Both the position numbers and the translations under genes were made by a program. This document shows positions 59,288 to 64,000 of a stretch of 64,000 nt of DNA, in pieces (position 1 is the first letter of the stretch; every line of letters begins with the position of its first letter). Below the pieces are notes generated by a model. That model worked only from the letters and a program-made list of their open reading frames with translations. It was not told the DNA's origin and did no database searches. Source of the stretch: Eukaryota sp. TZLM1-RC (Eukaryota > Protista > Metamonada: BaSk clade); assembly GCA_040285825.1 (NCBI GenBank), contig JAUPSS010000001.1:3286001-3350000 (forward strand), in the 5' to 3' direction.

Positions 59288-59878
59288 TTACAATTTCATA
59301 AACCACAAAAAAGCATCTCTATTATCTAATCTACAGCGAGACTCTGAATAAAAAGATTCAAGTTTAGTTACCCTAGTGAAGCCGACTGATTGATAGAAAA
59401 AGGTAGCTGAGTCATTAATAACCGATGAATGGAGATAAATTCCCTCAAAATCACTTTTACGAGCTTCATCAATCAAATGATTGATAAGCTTTCTTCCTAT
59501 ACCTTTACATCTATGCTGCTTGTCGACAACAATGGTGAGCACGTATAGTAATCGTCGTGGAGGTACAAACCAACGCTTAAGACAATCCATGAGAAAACCT
59601 TTGGAAAGAAAATTGTGGGAGTACTCTGGAGAAAAAGGAGGATCAAGGCCATTCATGGAATGATGGTGTTGGTAGCGAATATCTGAAATGATAGCACCAA
59701 CAGGGTATTCATCTTGGACAGCACAAAATGCAAATGGATTGAGAGGTAATGATTCAAAGTAGGACAGTGGATAAACTATTGGAAAAGAATAATCATGAAT
59801 AGTCTGCAAAGCATACACATCATGGAGATGACAGCGTCTGATAAACATCTGAGAGTTTAGAGTTACCAGCCCAGTCAT
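59288..59878 (-). CDS. GNAT N-terminal acetyltransferase, NAA60/NAA50-like
   Basis: FPIVYP, YVLTIVV...HRCKGIG, IYLH...N..A..FY...GF, DAF. Confidence 0.85.
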   Translation of the reverse strand: MTGLVTLNSQMFIRRCHLHDVYALQTIHDYSFPIVYPLSYFESLPLNPFAFCAVQDEYPVGAIISDIRYQHHHSMNGLDPPFSPEYSHNFLSKGFLMDCLKRWFVPPRRLLYVLTIVVDKQHRCKGIGRKLINHLIDEARKSDFEGIYLHSSVINDSATFFYQSVGFTRVTKLESFYSESRCRLDNRDAFLWFMKL

Positions 59879-60284
59879 GGGGAAGTATCAGAATCGTAGA
59901 TGCCTGCGAAGAATAATAGAAGGCATTGCAATTTCTTCCAAATACAAAGTTTTGATCGATAAAGTTCTAGGTTCTCAAAAAAAGTAAAAGTTGCTAATAC
60001 TAATCCGTAAATGAGACTAAATCCAGTCACCTATGAATTAATGTAGAGTTTTTGGACAATATTAACAAGTAACAATGGCAGAAATGATGCAAAGTTATAT
60101 TTAAAATTTACAACAATTGATGCATGAAAACAACAAGTGGGGTTGTGCATCTAGGACATGATTTCCTTTCTGTAACAGCAGAACCAGAAGAGTAGAGCCA
60201 CAGATTTTGAACAGTTTCATGGCCATGTTTAAATTTTGTTTGTTAAACGATCCAAAGATTTATTGAACTTCACACTTAACAAAA

Positions 60285-60392
60285 TAAACTCATAACTAAT
60301 GTACGAAATTCATTGAACCAAGATATCCTCTAAGAATCTTGATCTACTTACTGTTTCGCTGAAGTTTCTCTAATTGGATTGAAAAACCGAGG
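60285..60392 (-). mobile_element. Short 3'-end fragment of CRE-like family A
   Basis: Similar to the terminal codons and 3' UTR of 42590-42700. Confidence 0.6.
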
Positions 60393-60449
60393 AAAACATT
60401 GATTATTTCTTCCAAATTTAGTGCATAAAAATATATTTCCTAAAACTCC

Positions 60450-61515
60450 ATATACACCGTTGAAAACTTACCTACAGATTCTTTTCATAAAACCTTTCTA
60501 GTCTCAACAACCAACTAGCAACAAGGTTACACGTTGTAAAATAGAAAAGACAATTCTATTGTGCCAAAAGTTCGACCAAATACTCTTTCTGTTCGTCGAA
60601 GTGTTGACAATTGTAGAAAAATCATCTAGAAATGATAAACCGGTTTTACCCAAGGTTTCAAATAGAGAAAAAGCAAAAGGACAAAGAAGGTACTGAGTAT
60701 GTGAGTTGGATTTCAAATTATTGATCTTTTCAGCATATTTGAAAATTTTGGCTTCTTCAGCTCTACGTAAAGGTAAATTATGAGATGGTGCCAATTTTTC
60801 ATTTGAGCTGTTTGATACATCAGTAAATCTGACGTCGGTAATGATCATTGATCCATCGAGTTCGGAAACTAGCACATCACCGCGGCCATCACCAAAAGAA
60901 TTTCTGTCAGCTTCATCAGCCAAATTTGAAAGCAAAGGTTCTAAAAAGGATTCGAACTTGTAAGACTTAAACATCCAATAGAGCTGATCACGGACTGCAT
61001 CACGCACTTTTGATCTATAAGTAATAAAGCGATTACAATTAAATAAATGTGATGCCTGTGGGCTAGAGTCAGACATATATATAGACAGAGAGTAATTTAT
61101 TACGACGGGAATTGAGCTATAGTGAATTTCAATACCATCACTAGTGAGGTCTTCATGACAGAACAATAAACATTAAGCTAATATACAAGAATAATTAGAT
61201 AAGTCTATCTACACTCTAGAATAGTGTAAAGACTAACAAATGGGTTGGAGTGACAGACTTTCCACATTTACAAATTAAACCATGGGGAAGAATATCAGGC
61301 CAAATAAAATATCGAAGACCGATAGATAATGAGAAGCAAGGGTCATCCAGAAACAAACCATGAATTCTTGGTAGTTGATTAATTAAACAAGAGGCAGAAC
61401 TATCGCAAACATCAAGTTAAAATTTGCAAAAGCGGGATTTTTTGCTTGGCCATGCCAAGACGTACTTCAGAATGCAAGCCTTCAAATATTACTGTAGGTT
61501 TTTGTTTAAAACAGC
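60450..61515 (-). mobile_element. Decayed CRE-like 3' region (family B type) interrupted by a solo LTR
   Basis: RLGMAKQ, LRYFIWP and CKCG upstream of the insert; HLFNC, DAVRD and RGDV...DV downstream. Confidence 0.82.
61050..61238 (-). mobile_element. Solo LTR, family C (189 bp), related to the family A LTR
   Basis: TGTTAG...GCATCA termini; TSD AATG at 61046-61049 and 61239-61242; shares the GTAATAAATTACTCT block with LTR A. Confidence 0.88.
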
Positions 61516-61983
61516 TTATAGCATCGAGTTGAATGGTGAACTGAGTAGAAGAGCCCTAGTTGTGTTCTTTTGTTTCATGCATCAGTTTCATTGTTTGGCG
61601 GAATACCTAAGTCTCTGAATTATTTACAAGAGGCCTTACATCATCAAAATGTGAACAAATGATAACAAATGCAACAAACTAGTGTTGGCACTAGGACGAC
61701 ATAAACCACTACTTTTCTGTTTTAATTATGTTTTCGACACTGCTATGCTCAATGGTTATGGAATGAAATGCAAACAAATTAGAAAAACTATTCAACATAT
61801 CTAATCTGAAACAAATGAAACAATTTGAAGGTAATTTACGTTTTGATCATTATTGGCATCATATAATAAACATATTTGCTACATTCCCTTTATTGAAGTA
61901 AGAAAAACAGCCTACATTTACCCTACATTAACATACAACCAAAAGAAACCAAAAAAATCTATAAACCCTTTAAAACAGACTAA

Positions 61984-63654
61984 CTAGTCTTTGAAATTCT
62001 TGACCAGTCTTTCAAGTTCTTCAGTTCTGAACGTATCGACACGTGGCAATGACTTTGAAGGAGCCTTAACCACTGCTTTTTTCGCGGTGTTATTATAATT
62101 TAACCCGGCCTCTATAAAAGAAGTCAACAAAAGTACCCTCCTATCCTTAAATAAATCAGCATCTGTGAGCCCAATTGTAAAATTTTGGTGATCTCTATTC
62201 TGATCTTCTAATCTAAGGATGAAACTTTCAGTTTTTGACTGTACACGTGTCCTATCTGGACTAACAGTGGGAGCAACTCCCGCAACTAAATCACAAAGTA
62301 ATTGTTGTTGTCGTTGATTTTGCAATTTCAAATTTAATCTTTTTTCTTCCAAAGTTTTCAATTTTTGAGAATATAACTTGGACCGATATTCTGCTCTTTG
62401 CCTTAATTTTTTATAATTTTCCTTTTTCTCGCTTAACCATTGTTGCTTTTCCTTTCTTTCTTCTTTATTTTTATTAATCTTGAACAATTTTAATTCATGA
62501 TTGTGAAATAACAAAATTCCTTTGGTAATAAAATTTGATAAATTGAAAAAATATTGTAGGTTAGATTCCCTGGTGATTAAATCTCTTAAAATTTTGGCAG
62601 AAAAATCGTCAAGCTCACGCTCTACTTCATCATGATCTCTCCTCATGGTGGTCAAAATTTTTGCCCAGCCACGCTTCAAACATTCAAATTTTCGACGAAT
62701 TTCTTTCTGATCTCTCCTTCTTTCAACTTCAGCAACACACTGTTCAACCAACTTCTTTAATTCTTTAATCAATGAAACTTTTTTATCAAAACAATTCTTT
62801 TCAATACCTTTAAGAGCAGAATTAAACCTCTGTCTGACACCTGTATACTCAATAAACGATTCAGCGCAAGACGAGCTCACTGCGAAATATTCAGCCAGTC
62901 TGACACATATGATATTTGTCTTAATACCAGAATGTGCCAAAGTTTGGTAAAATTTTAAAGGATCGGCAGACTGAACTTTAGTTTTAGTTGACTCTCCTTG
63001 ACTCTGAGTCAAGAACATGTCGTAATTTGATTGATTATTTGATTGAAACAATTCACTACACTGATTTTGTAAATTATTCAAAATTGACCGAAAATAAGAG
63101 GATACTGAATTATATTTTCTAATTTTTTCATTTTCAATTGTTTCAAAACCTTCAGTTAGTTGTTGTCTTAAAGATTTTGCTAAATATGAATCGAGTTTTG
63201 CCAATTGAGAAAAATCAATATATGGCAAGTTGCAAGTTTCAAAAGAAAATTTCATGATTAAATTACTACAATGTTGAACCAAGTTGCTCGGGTTCAAGTC
63301 CACGCAACCCCAATTTTGTAAATATATTTTCCATGACTCCAAGACCTCCTCACCAGCTTCAGCATTGGATGAAAGAAGTGATGATCTGAAGGTCATGGAC
63401 TTTGGTAACGGGGAAGAAGAGGATTGATATGTAACAAGCGAAGGATGAGTAGATTGTACACTGTTTAGAGCATGGTTATACTGAGTTTGGAGACGATTAT
63501 AACCATTCAGCCAACCACTAGATTCAGTAATGACTTTGCTTTTGGAAGATAGTGTCTTTGAAGCAGTCAGGAGTCGTTGAGTGAGGTCAGCTGTGTCATT
63601 GAGTGTTCGGGAACGAAGATTGTTAAGTCGTTGTAAGGTTTGGTTATTTGACAT
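61984..63654 (-). CDS. Coiled-coil protein, CCDC148-like
   Basis: 556-aa ORF with a long coiled coil; C-terminal DRTRVQSKT...GLTDADLFKDRR...EAGL pattern. Confidence 0.6.
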   Translation of the reverse strand: MSNNQTLQRLNNLRSRTLNDTADLTQRLLTASKTLSSKSKVITESSGWLNGYNRLQTQYNHALNSVQSTHPSLVTYQSSSSPLPKSMTFRSSLLSSNAEAGEEVLESWKIYLQNWGCVDLNPSNLVQHCSNLIMKFSFETCNLPYIDFSQLAKLDSYLAKSLRQQLTEGFETIENEKIRKYNSVSSYFRSILNNLQNQCSELFQSNNQSNYDMFLTQSQGESTKTKVQSADPLKFYQTLAHSGIKTNIICVRLAEYFAVSSSCAESFIEYTGVRQRFNSALKGIEKNCFDKKVSLIKELKKLVEQCVAEVERRRDQKEIRRKFECLKRGWAKILTTMRRDHDEVERELDDFSAKILRDLITRESNLQYFFNLSNFITKGILLFHNHELKLFKINKNKEERKEKQQWLSEKKENYKKLRQRAEYRSKLYSQKLKTLEEKRLNLKLQNQRQQQLLCDLVAGVAPTVSPDRTRVQSKTESFILRLEDQNRDHQNFTIGLTDADLFKDRRVLLLTSFIEAGLNYNNTAKKAVVKAPSKSLPRVDTFRTEELERLVKNFKD

Positions 63655-64000
63655 TTGCGTCTTGACAAATCAATCTTTTAGATTGCTTACCCACTAAAAT
63701 CTAGCAAAACACTTAAAGGAACAAGACCTAAAGAGACGTATCAACTTCAACCACTAGGTCCAAACAATTCTTCACAGTTGTTATCACAATGGAGACAACA
63801 CGAAAGAACAACAATTTGTCCTACCAATCAGACTTTACTAGGAATCTGTTTGAAATTTCAATTACAGCAATATTGGCTTTAAAAAGGCTCAAGAAATTGA
63901 AAAAATGATACAAAAACAATTATTAAACAAATAAATATTAGTAGTTTGTGCAAATATTTCTGCAGAGTATTGCAGTTTTACACTATTTTGTTAATTGAGC

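Overview
AT-rich nuclear DNA from a unicellular eukaryote, probably a flagellated protist (inferred from gene content and intron style). About half the window is retroelement-derived. There are two near-full-length copies of a single-ORF Ty3/Gypsy chromovirus-like element (family A, 154-155 bp LTRs), a rearranged 12.4 kb nest of a second Gypsy family (B, 81 bp LTRs), a solo LTR of a third family (C), and about ten truncated or decayed non-LTR elements of the RLE (CRE/R2-superfamily) type. Host genes: eIF3e, RPN7, TIPIN/Swi3, an NAA50/60-type GNAT, a CaCA/NCKX exchanger, an EF-hand/WD40 protein, F-box/LRR, RING/U-box, RCC1-LRR, CCDC148-like, a ceramidase-like protein, and three tRNAs (Ser-CGA, two Thr-TGT). 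Two secreted-protein genes that the ORF track fragments or truncates are reconstructed through 27-32 nt spliceosomal introns. Highlights: (1) both Gypsy families lack a tRNA primer-binding site and instead share a bulged palindromic hairpin at the LTR/leader junction; (2) the family A ORF starts inside the 5' LTR and stops inside the 3' LTR; (3) a solo LTR donates an in-frame ATG to a non-LTR endonuclease domain; (4) paired CTACAG motifs sit upstream of secreted and membrane genes.
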